From the NCBI GenBank assembly GCA_030141605.1, contig JAQGDQ010000127.1, forward strand, positions 503,832 to 567,831: a stretch of 64,000 bases of DNA, read 5' to 3'. Shown one piece after another: positions 1 to 15,715 of the stretch. This stretch comes from Tubiluchus corallicola (Eukaryota; Animalia; Priapulida). Each line of letters opens with the position of its first letter. Position 1 is the first letter of the stretch. The translations under genes were made by a program, and so were the position numbers. Below the pieces are notes generated by a model, which saw nothing but the letters and a program-made list of their open reading frames with translations, searched no databases and was not told the DNA's origin.

Positions 1-432
1 AATCTACGGCAGAGTCAAACTCAGAAGTAATTCGTTTGCCTATAATGCGTGGTTTGAATCGTAAGGGTAGTAGGGATTTTTGTTCATTTGTTTATGAAAC
101 ACGAAACATAGGCTGTCTTCCTCTCAAATCAAATCAGAGTTAATAGGGAAGACAAGGCGGGGAGGTAGACCGCAATATGCAATAATACATATGCATCTAT
201 ACATAATATCACTGTACTGTTCGCAAAATCAAGAGACTAATGCTTACATGTGAATGGGAAAGATTGAAACATATTACTTGCTGACATTGCAATCTTCTAG
301 ATATAAGATTTGTGGCAAACAGCAGAAAAGACAACCCTCATTCGTTACCACCTTGCTGTAAAAGAGCAAAGTGACTCATAGCTATAACATTATTATCTTT
401 ACTATATATATAGCAGTGAAAACAACTTCAAA

Positions 433-712
433 TCTACCTCTATACTAAAATGGCCAAGCCTAACAAGTCTGCCTCCACACGAGTTACGCAGTGTTACTTT
501 CACTAAGTGCCCACATCGGATCTGTTCAAACGATTAGGGCATACGATATCCGAAATGTGCCAGTCACTTTACATGCGATTCATTCTGCGAAGGTGGAACT
601 ACCGCAACTCCTTATTAATAAACATATCAATAAAAACTGCTCATGCATAACTTGCGCGTATTTCGCAACATTTGTCGCCCGACGAACGAAAACTGCCGGG
701 TCATTCTAACGT
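433..712 (+). mobile_element. Possible degenerate non-autonomous Helitron
   Basis: 5' a|TCtacctctatactaaaat start; 3' GC-rich cgcccgac...gccgggtcattctaa resembling a Helitron hairpin plus decayed CTAG end. Termini are imperfect. Confidence 0.25.
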
Positions 713-834
713 ACCGCATCTTCAATGGCACAGCTATCGCATGCACTGTATACAAGCACTTAGCTGCCGAAAGAGTAAGATGAAGTAAACACAAGAAAAA
801 AAAATTCACATAAAATTAATGTTGAAAATAGCAC

Positions 835-1255
835 TAGCAAAAGATAAAAAAGTAACAATACAATTGTAAAACAAGATAGCAAAAGAGACAACTGTAATAA
901 ATCACTAATAACGACAAAGGCAAAAAGACAACAGTAAAAAACAAAGATGAATAAGGCAATGGCTACACAGCAGAAATAAAAAAAATGGACAAGTTACAGG
1001 AAGATAGGTGTACTCCTATTTTTATTCAATGGTTGTCTTGTATACTATTGTCCGAAAGCTCCCCTACCCTATTACTGGCTTTACGTAATTTAGACTTATT
1101 TACCTTTGTCTTTTTTAATGACCCATTTTTACATTTCTTTTTTTTACATAAATCGTATCCTTAACTAACTTATCACCATTACGACGGCCTTTTCATCTAT
1201 TGATTTTTAAACCTTCGTCTTTGTTTTGGATGTCTTTTTTGTTTTCGTCATCATA
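835..1255. repeat. Degenerate foldback/MITE-like inverted repeat (A-rich left arm, T-rich right arm)
   Basis: caaaaagacaacagtaaaaaacaaagatgaa (921-951) matches the reverse complement of ttcgtctttgttttggatgtcttttttg (1214-1241). Confidence 0.45.
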
Positions 1256-4200
1256 CCCCGTGCATGTATTTCGTTATCACAGTACGACTTTAGTACGCAT
1301 CTAGCGCAATCACAATGAATAATACATGACAAACAGAAAAGTGATTTCTCTAAAAACTTGTTTAAAAGCGTGCTCATAATCATGTATGGGTCACACATAC
1401 ATTTAGGATATGAATTAGGTATATTCCATGAGTATAGTAACGTACTGGATTTATAATTATAATTAACTTAGTGCTTCATTGGACCTCGTGGCCCTATGCT
1501 TATGTTTCTTGCGACAATACTGGGCATTTACTGACAAAAGCTTGGAGAAAGAAAAGTATAAAAAAACTCGGCTGATTTGAAAAAAGTCAGCGAGTATAAT
1601 AACCGCAACAGCAACACGACAATAAAAGAATCTGTTCCATACACACCCGTAACGAAAATTTCTGGTACAGGCCAAATAACCGAGCCCATACAACCCACAC
1701 ATGAAGCGTAGCTACAACAAAATGAACAAATGCTAATCTACATTATAACCCGAGTAGATTTAATCAACAAAGAGATATGGCGTAACAAGTTTCTTCGCGT
1801 AAAGACAATAGGCGATTAAGTTCATAGCTATTATCGGCGTGTGCTCAATTACAGGGCACACTCAGGAAGTGAACTCACTTTCGTAATCCCATTAGCATAA
1901 CAGCTAACATAAATAACAAACGATATGACGATTAAATGACGCAGCCCTATAATCAAATGGATTAGCCTAATTTATACAATTTCAAAAAGTCCCATAGCTA
2001 ATGATTTTGTATGACAAATACTGTCAAATAATCACTCAAAGGTATTCATAGTATAGTGTAAGCGGGTGTATGTCTTTATAATTAACTACATCGCTACTTA
2101 TTAAGCATTTTGCACCATTAATAATGGTAGTTGTCAATACTGTAAGTTGGCAAAAGAGAACTATAGAGGACATCATTATATAAGTTTTCGTGCAGACCTT
2201 AAGCATACACAAATTGTATCGCTTTGTTCAAATAGCACAGAGATCAGCTCGCATGTACAGTTTTATCGCACATTTTCACACGCTCTAATCTGTTAAGTCA
2301 AAGTTCAGTTTGCTAGCTGTTTTTATCCACTCGTTCTTAAAGAAAATGTTCTTTTCCTAAGTAGCACAACAATAAACCACTTCAAACGAAAAAGCACAAA
2401 GACAACATGCAATAGTGAGGCTAACAGTAAACTTACTGTGAAGTTGCACAGCTCCAAAAACTTGACGGGAAAATTACACTAAACAAATAACATCAAATGA
2501 GACGCCGCCGCATATAATACAAATCACGTAAAAAGATCATTCAGAGCGGTCTTGAACTATTCAACTTCCCGGATTGATGGTTCTAAGCAGACTAAATATA
2601 CCCGCCTGTATACTTTATATTATTTCACTGACACGAAAAAGCAATTTTTAGGTTTAAACAGTGGCAAAGAACCTGTTTGCAGTCAACGCTGCTTGACAAA
2701 AACCCTGTAGCAAAAGCTATATCCAAACTCAAGCCATCTAAAATTCTCTCACGTGGAACTGACCATAAATGTCTAGTAAAGAGTATAATAGGAGTTGATA
2801 AATCTTGATTACAAATGGATGCCGCTCCACCTTCCGTGCAATGTCTCGCCGCTTCCTGCCACAAGGAAACTCAGTTTATTATCAACAAATGGCAGTCATA
2901 TATACACAAATTGTGGAAAAAAGCTCAAGATAAAACCCAGAAGCAAAGTAAACATGGCGGGCATTGCTGTGAAAGCACATTTTTGCTTCAGCATTAGATG
3001 CAAGCTTTCGTTTTTCTCGGCAACATTTCACCATCCGGAAATCATCATGTATATTTCAACAAACCAAAGTTCTAGAAAAATATATACTGAGTATACTCAC
3101 AAAAGAACAAACATTCCGTGAACGTTGAAAATATGAACCAGATTTCTCTCATCGAAATTTTCAATCAAGACACGTGCTGAGTATCAAATACTGCATAGCT
3201 GGATATAAATAAGATGCTTAATTCGCCTAAGAAAGCAAACTGGCAAGCATAATATCGTTGTGTAAGCATTTGGGTGGAATCTGCCTAATATTAAAATCCT
3301 CACAGAAAATTTCCAACAGTCATGAATAAAATAATGACCAAGTTCTGCTCAGTACTTGCTAAACTGTCAGTCCACAAAAGAGATCACATTTGGAAGTGAT
3401 TACAGAAGGGCAGTTTAGCATGATAGTGGCAAGTACTCAAAACATGCGTTAAAAAGTGTTAAAGGCAGAAACGATGAAAATCAAAGCATTCAAAAAGCAG
3501 CACCACAGAACAAACACTCGAAAGACGAGGAAAATCTTGATAAAACTTACGAACTGTAGACGTGTGCTTCAAAGCGATTGCCACTCTAACTAAGCCATTC
3601 GAAGTATTTTCTCGAACTTTTCTTTTCACTTTCGAGTTTCACTTCGCAAACTATTACAAGACTGATGTTGGAGCCACCGAGAAAGTATATGGGAAAACTA
3701 CACCGTTCAACTAAAAGCCAACCCAATTATGTTAGCGCGCAAGCATGACCTGGTGTAAACATACCGAAAGATTCTCAATTGACTTTTGTTATTCTATTTC
3801 GAAGAGAATCAACATTTCTACATACATTTCTCACTGGATGGTTGTTTTTCTTAGCGACAAAGCCAAAACTCAGTCCGCATTTACACGCAGACTGGGCCAA
3901 TAGAATCCTAACGATTCAAAGATATTTTCCTGGTTTCATTCTAAACCGTGCCTTTATTCACCAAGTTCACGACTCACCCATCAAGTGCCACTAATTCCCA
4001 ATATTTGCATTTGTTGAATATTTTTGTTTTGGCTACATTACAAGTTTTTGTGTTTTTAGGACGTAAACTAAAGCTTGCGAAGTTAAACATCGTAAGCTTA
4101 ATTACATTGCTTATGCATATAATTGTAACAAGGCTGCCCAGTGCCCGCAGGATTTAGAAAAATTAAAAGTTTGATATGTCTCCCATACACGTGGTTTTAA

Positions 4201-4794
4201 ATGCTTATATATAATACGCATATATCAGTCATGCTCATTACCGCCTATTTGTTTCTGAATGCAGATTAATTATTAAGTAAGCGTATGCACCTGGCGAACT
4301 AGTCGACCACTCAATTGCTTCATCTGCAAATAAAATGTAACAGCTCCTACTTGGAGGACAAAAAATTTATTGCCAGTATTTTGTTATACAACTTAAAGTC
4401 AACTCATGTTACAAGAGATCATAATTTGCCTGATGTTCTGATTCTCATCAGAACAAGCTGTCTGATGAGAATAAAGCGCCACAGAGTAGGAGGCGCCGCA
4501 ATGTGTGTTTATTTCAGACAGTGCGCAGAATGTTATTAAAATAATGATATAACGCGGGAATACTTATTATGCTAACACAATGAATATTCTTTCAGACAGC
4601 AACAAACCAAAAAAGTGTTTCAAATTTAAACTATTTAAGAAAGTAATCATTGACATTTGAAACGCAAAAGGACGGGGGTGTTTTTAAATACGAACATTTT
4701 ATAATAAAAAATATTGACACTTATGACAGAAGGGCAAACAAGTCTCAAACAGCATCATCAGATAGGCTATGTACGTGAAGTCCAAAAACGATTA

Positions 4795-4929
4795 AATTTT
4801 TTTGTTTTGTTTTTTGTTTGTGGTTTGTGTGGGGTGTTTTGGTGGTTTTTTGTTTTTGTTTTGTGTTGTTTGTTGTTGGTTGGTTTTTGTTGTTTTTGTT
4901 TGGTTTGTTTTTGGTTTTGTTTGGTTGTT
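4795..4929. repeat. G/T-only low-complexity tract (degenerate TTTG/TTG microsatellite)
   Basis: About 130 nt made almost entirely of T and G; it generates the spurious ORFs at 4714-5036. Confidence 0.9.
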
Positions 4930-7900
4930 CCGAGTCTTCGTCTGAAAGCAACACTGGTGGTCCAGACTCTTCCAACAATTTCAGCAGAAGTTTGAAGACA
5001 GAGTTTTAATACCAAATACCAACTTGCTATGCGCATTTAATCTTCCGTTCCAGACAATGACAAAATCCACCTGCATTGCCGGCACAATGTCTGGGACTAT
5101 GTTTGCCAACAACCATCTGGGCGTGTGGACCAAAGATGAACCTCAAAGACGACCACGACACACAAACAAAGACAGGTTTGCTAGACTTGATATTAATATC
5201 CCTAATCATAATAAATTAGTAATATTGCAATTTCCTCAGTTAGAACAAGAGTAATTATAGGCATATATATTGTAGCCAGACTGTCTGCAGACTGTGTGCT
5301 TTTGAATCTGCCAAAGCTTTTGTTTCATATCGACCCTTCTGGACGGGTAGAAACACAGAGAGAAGCGCAGCCCAACATTATACACAATTTTATAGCTGGA
5401 CGAACAAAGGGACCTTACACAGAATGCAAACATGAACATTGAAGACTTTTGCCTATAAACACCGACTGCTTTGTACCAATTGTATTTATACAGTCACAGC
5501 ACCTGAATTTGTTGCAAGTCAGCTAGTATTAATATTTGCCCTGCAGCGTCAAACATCATCAAGTGGAACTAATCGGATGGGCGTTTATTATTGTCATCGT
5601 CTCTGTAGTCTGCTAATGATGCTGCTGATCGAGAGCTTGGCTGCTTATGATGGCTACGGATCCTAAAGCCTGCAGCTATGATCAATTATGAATATTCATA
5701 TTAGACGCGTTGTTTTTGTTAAAGAGTGAATATTCTGTCTGAACAGTCACGAGGAAGAGGAAGATAGAGAACTTATAAAATGCCTTGCATCACCTGAATA
5801 CATAACAAACGTTTTTTTAATAAAGCACAAGCATAATCTTGTGGTATAACCGAAAATTAAGAAAGTTTGAATGAACTTCGCCATTGCTATTCGATATCTG
5901 ATTTAGTTTCAACATTTAGGATATTTTCTAACAAATGGCCACACCCAAAAAGGCGTGCAAATGATGTTAGCCATTGAATTTATTTGTTTGACCAGAAAAG
6001 CTAAAATTGATGTTAAAGATAAGGAACGAAAATGATTTTATCTCGTTTTGGCTGCCTGCTGACACATGTTTTCAGCCGCTAATATGTTCAACTACACTGA
6101 CCACTGAATAGTCATGGAACTTACTTAACCGTGTAAGACTAATATGCTTAGTGTTATATCTGCGGACAGAAACGCCTAATATCAATAAACAGAATTCGAT
6201 GAATGACCCAAGTGTGAAGATAAATGACCTTCTCTACACTTGCTTCACATCGGGAAAGCTGCAGGATTCTCACTAAACAGTTAACAGATAAACGTCAAAC
6301 ACCCTTCCATGCAATGCTAATCCATATATTTAAATCCGCCCCTAGATGATTGGCTATCCACGCAGTCAAAATAATAAAAGTGAAAGTACACTTGTCATTG
6401 AAGCTGTTAAAATCTTGTAAAACAATCAAAATGACACTAGTTATTTGCCAGCAAAACAGTAAAGAGGGTGATCGCTGGTCAGTGGACCAGATGGATTTCA
6501 TTGGTTAGGACACAAAGGCTGCCCTAAATACGCTAGTGCCATGGTGAGAAGCAAATAAAATGCGAAGGGAATGCCCTTTGAAGTTGCCTATGTAAATAAC
6601 CTATAGACACACAACACATGATGTATAAATTTCGTGTGAAAAAAGAACGTTTTAAAAAAAAACAAAATATGAATTACATTATAAAATAAGCAAAAACTTA
6701 ATTACCTAATTAATCCATTCAGCAAAACTTTATAATTTACGTCAATTGACAAGGGACTATAGGTACATTTTTGCAAACTAACTTGCCACACATATATTAC
6801 TTCTAAAGATTAAGTTTTAAAGTGTTAACAATAAGTTAAAAATTCTGCAATGTAAATTGGCAATTCATTTTGCCGTTTTGTTACACCTTGCCCATTCTAA
6901 AGTTACGCAACCCAAAAAGGCCCTTGCGGCCCAGAAACTAGGAATTCCATGAAAGAATAACACACAAATTAACACTAATTTAAGAATCTGTACTGATTAC
7001 AGAATCCATTTTGCTGTGTGTACCTCATAAATTTTGAATGATAAGAAGTCATCCGTTTAGCATAGGTGACCGCTGACTGCTGTATCTGCTAACAAAAAAA
7101 GCAACTACCGACTAGAGTCGTCCATAGAAAAATGCAAAAAGACACCAACAAAAGATTTGTTGCCATTACACATCAGCATAATACAACACTGATGAACTGG
7201 AACTCAAATCGAAAAGCCATTGCAGAAAACCATCAAGTTAAGAAGGTAGCACAAGTATTACTCATCGCTGTCTTCAGTCACAAAACACTTCAGGCAGGTA
7301 ATTCAAATAGAGGGGAGTGGTAATTTAAGCAACTCAAATCATGGGCCAGCAGCAAGGACAGCTCTAAATTGCTACAAACACGCTTTTAAGAGGATGCCGG
7401 ATGACTATCTTATACAGAGACTTCTATGTTAAATAATCGGGCCAGAATCACGTCTGTGTTCTTATACCCCCCGTTATTTGAAGTTCAAAATCATAAAGAT
7501 GCGCAAGACCTCACGTACAAAAAGGGGGATCATAAGAAGTTTAATCATTTCATACATTAAGTTGACAGCTTGCCCACAACATGGGTTTGGCCCCAAACAA
7601 ACCAGTGCTAAAAACAAACATGTCCAGCGCATTAAACTATGCGTTAGGCGTTCGATCGAACATGTGCAATCGAAATGAAATGAGATGATTATAACATAAT
7701 CACTATATGTACATGGTTTAATATTAATAATATATTGTTGTTATACTAGCTTTAATCAGCTGTTACATATCATTTGAGAAATATGAACATTATTATTAAT
7801 AATGTAACGTTAGTGCATTCGCTGATCATCATCGATTAATCGTTTATCAAAAAATTTATTGAGATCTACATCAATATTAACGAATGCTACCAAATAATTT

Positions 7901-7975
7901 TGGCTCGAATTAAAACAAATGGAAACACAGCAGGCTTAATCGTGGCCACAAGCGTTTTTACTCGCGATCCTTACA

Positions 7976-8026
7976 ACACACACATGCACGCACTCACGCA
8001 CGCACGCGTGCGCGCGCACACACACA
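7976..8026. repeat. Alternating purine-pyrimidine (CA/CG) microsatellite
   Basis: acacacacatgcacgcactcacgcacgcacgcgtgcgcgcgcacacacaca. Confidence 0.8.
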
Positions 8027-11000
8027 TATAAAACAGACGTTCTCAAAAATTCCTTCCAAAACTATGGGAAAGAGTCTTGAAGTATTTCTGCTCACTTTTG
8101 TTGAGTTTTCAGGCTGAACAACAAATAGGTATTTGCAAACAGCGGGACTGGTCAGCCAAGAATTAATATCGCCTTACTGTATGCTGAACAAGCAATTCAG
8201 ACAACAATCAATTGGCTTTGTCAAGGATTTCTTCTGCGCAAGATGATGCACGGCGTTAAACACGATTAAAGGTGTGTACGTACACATGCACGCACATTTG
8301 TAGGGACAGAATATTTCACGTAGATGAATATTTCGCGACAGTGTATTTCATGTAGAAGATCTGGCAGGTACATTTGGCGACAGTTGACGTCATCGGGTAG
8401 GGTGATGTCTAGTGCCCCTCTTGTGTTAGCACCAGGTGAAACTGCAGAAGGACGGTCTTCCAGACATATGTATTTCATTCGCCTACCTACTTCTGACACG
8501 CATATTTCCGCCGTTTTCCGGCGTATGTGTTAACTGTGTATATGCCCTAAAACGTGGAGTATTACTAATACTAGGGAGTTGTAATCGCAGTCCTGCTAAT
8601 ATAAACTGCGTGGTATTGTTGTGAATTTACGCAAACTTTTACGAACTAAAAAAACTAAATCCTCCAGTAAACTCTCATGTAATATGTGTGTAGGTGCGGC
8701 CACATTTTTATAAAACCATCAGACTCAAAGTTTTATTAACTTCGGTTTACAGCAAAAATCTCAGTATAGTAAGAATATACTGAACAGCTCATTAACATTA
8801 AAGCGACAACTTCTTAGCAACGCAAATGTAGAAAATACTTATTAATTTAATGGAAGTACACATTCGACCATTCATACACATTCAAGTACATATTCAACCA
8901 TGAGTTCATGACCTAAATTTCAAAACATAAAACGAAAAAATACGGTCACAAGTTTGTAGATAAAAATTTCATTTAGTAGTAATTGTTAGTTAACATAATT
9001 AATGTTGATATACCTTTTCGATTTTGGTACCTGTCACACGCCAATTCCTAAGTCGAATTCACACACAGCTTGCAGTTGAAGATGGTCTTAAAATACAGTA
9101 CTGATACAATAGTCAGTGGTGTGACACATTATATATCAAGTAACTGTAAAACTATTGACAGGCAGCTATTATAAGTGCCACTCTAGTGCATTCATCTCAA
9201 TTTCTAATCGTAAATTGCGCAATAATGATGGAACAAACGGACAACGGTCCAAACCGATGCCTCGGGTAAGCTGATTTGAAATTAAGCGTTATGCTAGTCA
9301 GCACCCAAGTAAAAGCTTAAACTTGGTAAATATTCCAGCTGGTGAACATAGTGGAGACGATGAATATGGCGCACTAAGATTAACAGTAGATCAAAGCTAC
9401 CGCGCCATTTATACGATCACCAACAGTACAGTCATATGCAGCCATGGTTAATAACCTAAGGCGAATTTTATACTTATCTTAAAGTAGAAAATCGGATGAC
9501 TCCAAGTTGTAAAAGCGACGACAGGAAATCGTAACAACGCGTTAATAAACATTACTTGAAAGATGAAACTCTTTATGTATAGAGGCTGAGAAAGAAAGAA
9601 CAGTTTTGATGGAAATTCACCGTCTTCTACCCTTTCTCAACCTTAGGATTCTGCATTGGAAGGCAATCACATAACGTGGTTTTATTGACCTCTTCCTCGA
9701 AGTTCAAATTCACGATGAAGCAAGGAAAAAAGTATTTACTACCAATGATCGATTAAAAAATAAATGACAAATTGTCACTATGAGAGAAAGTACTCCAGAC
9801 AGCAAAATGTACATCCCATGACGTGATGCAGCAGTAAACAAACCATTTTTGCCTGAATAAAAATAACGCTGTTTTGTTGCATACTGTAGAGTGCGATAAA
9901 ATACTTACGGACGTAATTGAACGGTCTCACAGACTCACACCGAAGTACAGATTGACAAACGTCGGTTTTCTTGCCTATATGGGTTAGCTCTCTTCAGATG
10001 AATTATTAAAAATAAAAGGCAACGCGGTACATTGATGAAACGAGAAACTTTGACAAAATATTTACAAATGTAATGTATTACAACGACCGAATACAAAACG
10101 TTAGTTAATTCAAAATATCAACTTTCATATACTGTATACAACTAGATGTATACAATTATAATCACTATTGAAGAATGTAAAAGTTGATTGTATCATTTGA
10201 GAGATAGATGTAAAAGTTCTTTTACAAAGGTCTATTATAGACGGAGGCTATACTTCTTGTTTTCATTTTTAAAGAATGAAATTTAATAAAAAGCGGTTGC
10301 AACTGTCATCGGCTTAAATAATAGCTTATAGTTTCGAATTAACGCGATGAAACTGCTGCAAACAAAAAAATTAAAAAATAAGTGTATCAATAAGTATCTG
10401 TATCTTCGGAATAAAAATGTTGACGATAAATTGAGGACGACTTGAAACTGAAGAGGCAATAAATAAATTAACATGCGTATTCTCCACCTGAAGTAAACCC
10501 ATGAGGATGGGAAACTGAAGGAATCGACATTACGACAGCTCAAAAAAACATTAACCACACAAACAGTAAAGTTCAGTACAGAGGTAGCTCACCTTGCAAC
10601 ATCGTTTGACCTACTAAAACTATTTTTGAAAGCTTAACCTGACAAAAACGCCCAGCAGCAGTGAAATGCCACGTGAACTCCAACTTACTTCGGTGAGAAT
10701 TTTTTCTCAACAACTAATGCTTACATTCGGCAGGAGCCAAGTGAAGGAAGACGACTAAAGTGGCTAGTTGGAACTGAGTGTATCATTGCGCGGGCGAATG
10801 TCGCATAATTATGTACTGAGTGAAACAGCCTGGGTAATACATAGATCACAGAACGTCAACCAAACAGTGGTGGTCCACCTCGCAATTTCCATTCAGACCC
10901 GCTGTATTTTTGCTATAACTACTTTTCAATTGCTGGCGCCTAGACTTACTCGCAAGCTCAACGACATTTACATGTGAAGCGCATAATACACAGAGAAAGT

Positions 11001-12915
11001 GTGTATTCATGATTGTTTTTACTTATTAAATTCATTAAACAGCAATGAAAGAGAGTATAACATGTGAAGTGTTTTGCCTGGGGCATATGTAATATGAATG
11101 TTCGGTACCCATCATTCAGCAACATGAATAGTTCAACAAATTCAAAATTAATAAAAATCCTGCTGTCTGCTCAAAGTTTACCCATTTTGTTATTGTTTTA
11201 TTGTTATACTGCTGGTTACATGTGGAAATGCGGCGTGCTACATCAAAACTTAACGCAGTGGAATAATATATTTGATCATATTTCAGATATTATACTGTAC
11301 AGCATAACATAAGATTTCGTTCGTTGCGTATGGCTATATAAATAAACACTAGTCTGTACATTTTGCAATTATGAGTACAATGTGATTATAATATGAGTAC
11401 AATCCCATAATACTGAAATAACTTGAGTTGACTTAAGCGAATTAACTAACGTTAAGTAATATTTAAAATACTCAGAAGGGAAATTAAAGGTCTTACGATG
11501 CAGACAATTAAAAGTAAAATGCTAAATGTTGCACAATTCCTCCTGGAATGCAAGCAAAAGAAAATCTCATATATCCAGTGAACAGACTAACTGGCCAGCC
11601 TCTCAAAACTCAATAAATTACAATTCATTGGCGAGCATCACGTAGACGAGCATTGTCATTAAACCTGTAAATGTTGGCACATCAAATTTGTAAGAATTGG
11701 GTCAAATAAAAAGTCCTGCTGTGATTCCGATTTACGACATAACCTCTAGAAAAATGAATTGCATTGAAAGCGATTAAATGAATCAACTTGGCTCGAATAG
11801 ACACAAAATTACAGGATTTGTTATGCTATAAGAGATACAGTAAATCCATATTATTGAAATTAAATACTAACGAAATGAGGACACTACAAAGCAGTATAAA
11901 GCAGTTTCAGCCAACTAGCACCTTTATCAAATTTACTTGAGTTTTATGACACAATTTGCCAATTTTGTCTTACATTGATTTTGTTTTTGCTAAATTACAA
12001 ATATTTTTAATTAATTAATTAGTATCATTTAATAAAAATTTATGCAACACTAAAAAAACCTAACAACAAAGACAATTATCCCAAAGTGACAGAAATAGAA
12101 GGCATAGTAAATAAAACACAAATAATTATAAAATATTATATTACAAATACAGTTACCAAAAGTATAACATAAATATGGGGTATCTTCCTCTTCTATTTAA
12201 AATGGGTTACCTGTGTGAGATTTCGTAATTTCAACCAGAACGAGATTTCACATAAGGCCAGGACAAACTGATATTACAGAATTTGTAATACGCAGGCTGA
12301 GGAACGTAATATAAAGTACTTTGTACAAACCAGATCGGATTCAAATTTCAGATTGAACCACTCTGAAGTAATATATACCCTGGTCCAGATATAGCTTTGT
12401 GACTAGTAACAGCTTTATACTGCCGAATATAAACTCTTGATCAGACAAGTCACAATACTTTCTATACATAATCAGACGCGGCTAATTATTAACATGATCC
12501 CATTAGAAGTTTTTTCAATTGAAAAAGTCATCATTCTCGCTAATAACACAATCTTGAAAATTATTGCTGGAATTAGCATTATCAAAGAACTGGATTATAG
12601 GACTCAACTCTTTCCCAACTAAGTCGATTAATATTTAAAATACATAACTCTGTGCAAACTATTTTAATCTAAAAGCCAACAGTATCTAGATATGACTAGG
12701 ATCTAAGTCCTCAAATCAGGACACTGTTCCGGCCCACCTCAATTTCACATTTTGAGTTTATAGGCCCACAATCCCAGATTTGTAGGCATGTACTCATTTA
12801 CTGTTGAATGCTGATACAACAATGTTTTTGCCAAGTCATAAAATTCTAAACTTCACAAATCAGTTAAGTCAAGTCCACATATGGAAAATTTTATTTTCAA
12901 ATTTATGTTATTTAC

Positions 12916-13104
12916 CCTGGATCTTTTCTTCAGTCTTTCTAACAACTTGGCTGCAGGATAAAGGAACTGCTTGCAGAATCCTATGGTGTTGCCCTCGAAA
13001 TCGTTGTTAAGCAAGTGCTGCAAACAGGCAGTAATTGTAGCTAAAGCTGGAGCCGAATACAGAGGTCCCAGGACACGCTGGGCGTGACTGTTCAAGTCAG
13101 ATGC
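12916..13104 (-). CDS. Candidate orphan internal exon (189 nt, phase 0-0) of an unidentified minus-strand gene
   Basis: Strong acceptor tttctttttgttttttag|gca and donor agg|gtaaat. Only the phase-0 frame is open across all 63 codons (ASDLNSHAQRVLGPLYSAPALATITACLQHLLNNDFEGNTIGFCKQFLYPAAKLLERLKKRSR). GC is visibly higher than the flanks. No recognised homology; it could be a UTR or lncRNA exon. Confidence 0.4.
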
Positions 13105-15715
13105 CTAAAAAACAAAAAGAAACGGTTATATGCTACCAAATATTAATGCTTAAATCATATATTTAAAAATGCAAACTTTACAGTTTATTTACTTTTACAA
13201 CTCAAGATAATACTGCCGTATTGTAGGCTATTCCTAATCCTACACTAACAGCTGTCAATCTCCATGGACAACATTGAAAATTGACAGAATTTCTGGAACC
13301 TTCCCCTATGGCGCAGGCTACCAAGGGAAAGGAATAAAGATGAAACGAGTCTAAACATAACATGTCACCATATAACAGAAATGACGAAATAACATACGTA
13401 CACGTCGTACATGGCCTGGTCTGGTAATAACATCAAAGTTTTACATGCATTATCAAATTAAGCCCAAAGAGCACGCCTTGTTTCCAAAAAGAGCAAAGCC
13501 ATAGATTCAACTTTCTTCTACTTTTCAGTGAGTCATACAATGTACGATTGCACTGTATCGCCTTTAACAAAAGCTTTGCAACTTAAGGCCTCGAATGCTA
13601 CAAGGGTGAAAAAACAGCGTGTCATGTGAGCCACAGAGAAAACAGAGATGTACAAATGATAACTACAATATCTTACCGTGAGACCTGTCATTATTCACAT
13701 GTAAAACTTAGCTGATGTCCAAAAGATTAACAACATTCTGCGCGTAGGCGCAATCGCTAAATCACCCCTGACCCAACAAAAGCACAAAGAAAGGCATTCC
13801 TATCCAAAAATTTCTACAACCACCTGCATGAGTCATTAATTCCCAAACAGGAAAGGCCTTAGGCTACAAATAAAACTCATGCAGAAGATAAAAAGTTACG
13901 GTTGCCATGGAAATATGGAGGTTAATTTGGTAGGCCGAGTTTCTCATCAATCCTATTAATTCCTGACACCATCATCTGATTCAAATAGGGACAAAATAAG
14001 ATGAACAGAAATAAAAAGTTGGAAGTCACGCACGTTAAAACAAGAACTTATATAAAAGAAGAAAAATACATGATCTTTTCTTTCCTCTTTTTTAAATGCT
14101 ATACACATGTACTTCATGTGATATACTCAAACACCCAAACTGATACACTCAGAGTCTTAATGTTTATATCGTCTCACAAAGACTCGCCTCACACTACAAA
14201 TAGATGTAATCACTTGACGGGGCTTCCTGACATTACATTCAAATCTGAGCTTTCGTTAATCTTTCATGTAAGGAAGTTGTGTTAATTCCGAGATGTAAAT
14301 AAATACCACAGTTGTCCCTCGACTTTTCTGGGTATTAATATCAGATTTACGGAATTCGGAAGGAAGCGATAATATAGTAAGCAGTAACCTGTTTAACAAT
14401 ACAAGAGTTTGGACAACTATTTTTAAAAAAACGAAAAAATGATCTGTCATTAGTAAAATAATGTTATCTCGTTAGACAGTTCACTACACAGTACACATCC
14501 GTATTCATATTCTAGGCAAGTGGATCTTTCTATATCGTGATCAGTTTATTTAGTACTGGGAATCATTAACTTGGGCCGTTGGGCGGACGGCTGGCCGCAT
14601 TTTCTCTCGAAGCCATCGATATTGTCACATTGCTATACATAAACAATGGCTTTTTCAGGCTGGCGTAAATAATACGTATGGATAAACGATAAAGAGACAA
14701 AGTGCCGGTGAGTATTGAATGGCTTCAGGCGGAGCACTCAAAGAGCATTCGTTATGCTACAAAGCAGCTGAATGTCACTGAAGATAAACGGTTACTTCAG
14801 AGACTGACAGTTACTGTACTAATCCATTGAATACTATAGTAAGATCCAGCTAATAAACGAGTGTAAATGTATTTCTAGATCTAGTTTTATGACGTTCAGA
14901 ATTTCTGCCTGAATTAAATTAAGTTTAGTCATAATTTGAGGAGCAACTGGGGATGTTATTAACATAATTATGATATTATTTCACGCTCAGTCAAGCCTTA
15001 AGGTAAATAGGAGACTCAGGAGAATTAAACTTAAATTGCACAGGGATTGACAGAGACGTGTTCGCCATTGCTTCCAATAAAGCCTAAATTCAGCAGCAGA
15101 GAAAACTTGAAAGTAATTTATAGCAAATACAATTTTATCTTGAAATGAGTATTGATTTAAACACAGTTCTCAAGTATACTGTAATAATCCACTTTCGACG
15201 CACAAGTTTTGTTGTTCCGAGAATGAGTTGCTATAATACTTCATTTGGTAGCCTCTGACAGCCATTTTTCACAAATTTTGCTATTTAGTTACACGCACAT
15301 ATAAACTTATGAATACGAAATGCATGAGTTGGGTGTTCATCAGAATTATTTAATAACTGATAACTACAATAAACGCAGTACCACGAATACATTCACCGCA
15401 CTCACTGATTTCTGTTGCGTGCCGAACATTGAATTTGCAACTTGCCTAGACTGCCACACATTTTCAAACGGATAAGGAAGTAAAATTTAAAGTTGAAATG
15501 AATAATCCACTAGTGTGAGTCACAGAATAAATATTAAACTGCGAACTGGGCTGTTTGCGAATAAAATAGGTAGCTAAATTAGCTCTCAGTAACCAGAAAA
15601 TGCAAACCATTTCATTAACAATATCTATCCCAATTAAAATTCAACGTACTGGAAGAGAATGAAAAATCCAATATGGTCAAGCTTATAATAGGGAGGAAAG
15701 TTATGTATACGATGC

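Noticed and set aside
2625-3994. Cluster of short ORFs suggesting a decayed gene or retroelement
   Set aside because: No recognisable motifs in any frame examined; multiple stops.
4714-5036. Four overlapping ORFs (F/V/C-rich or K/N/Q/T-rich)
   Set aside because: Artefacts of a stop-free G/T low-complexity tract.
8427-8447. tagcaccaggtgaaactg resembling miR-29
   Set aside because: Only the seed matches; no complementary arm for a pre-miRNA hairpin.
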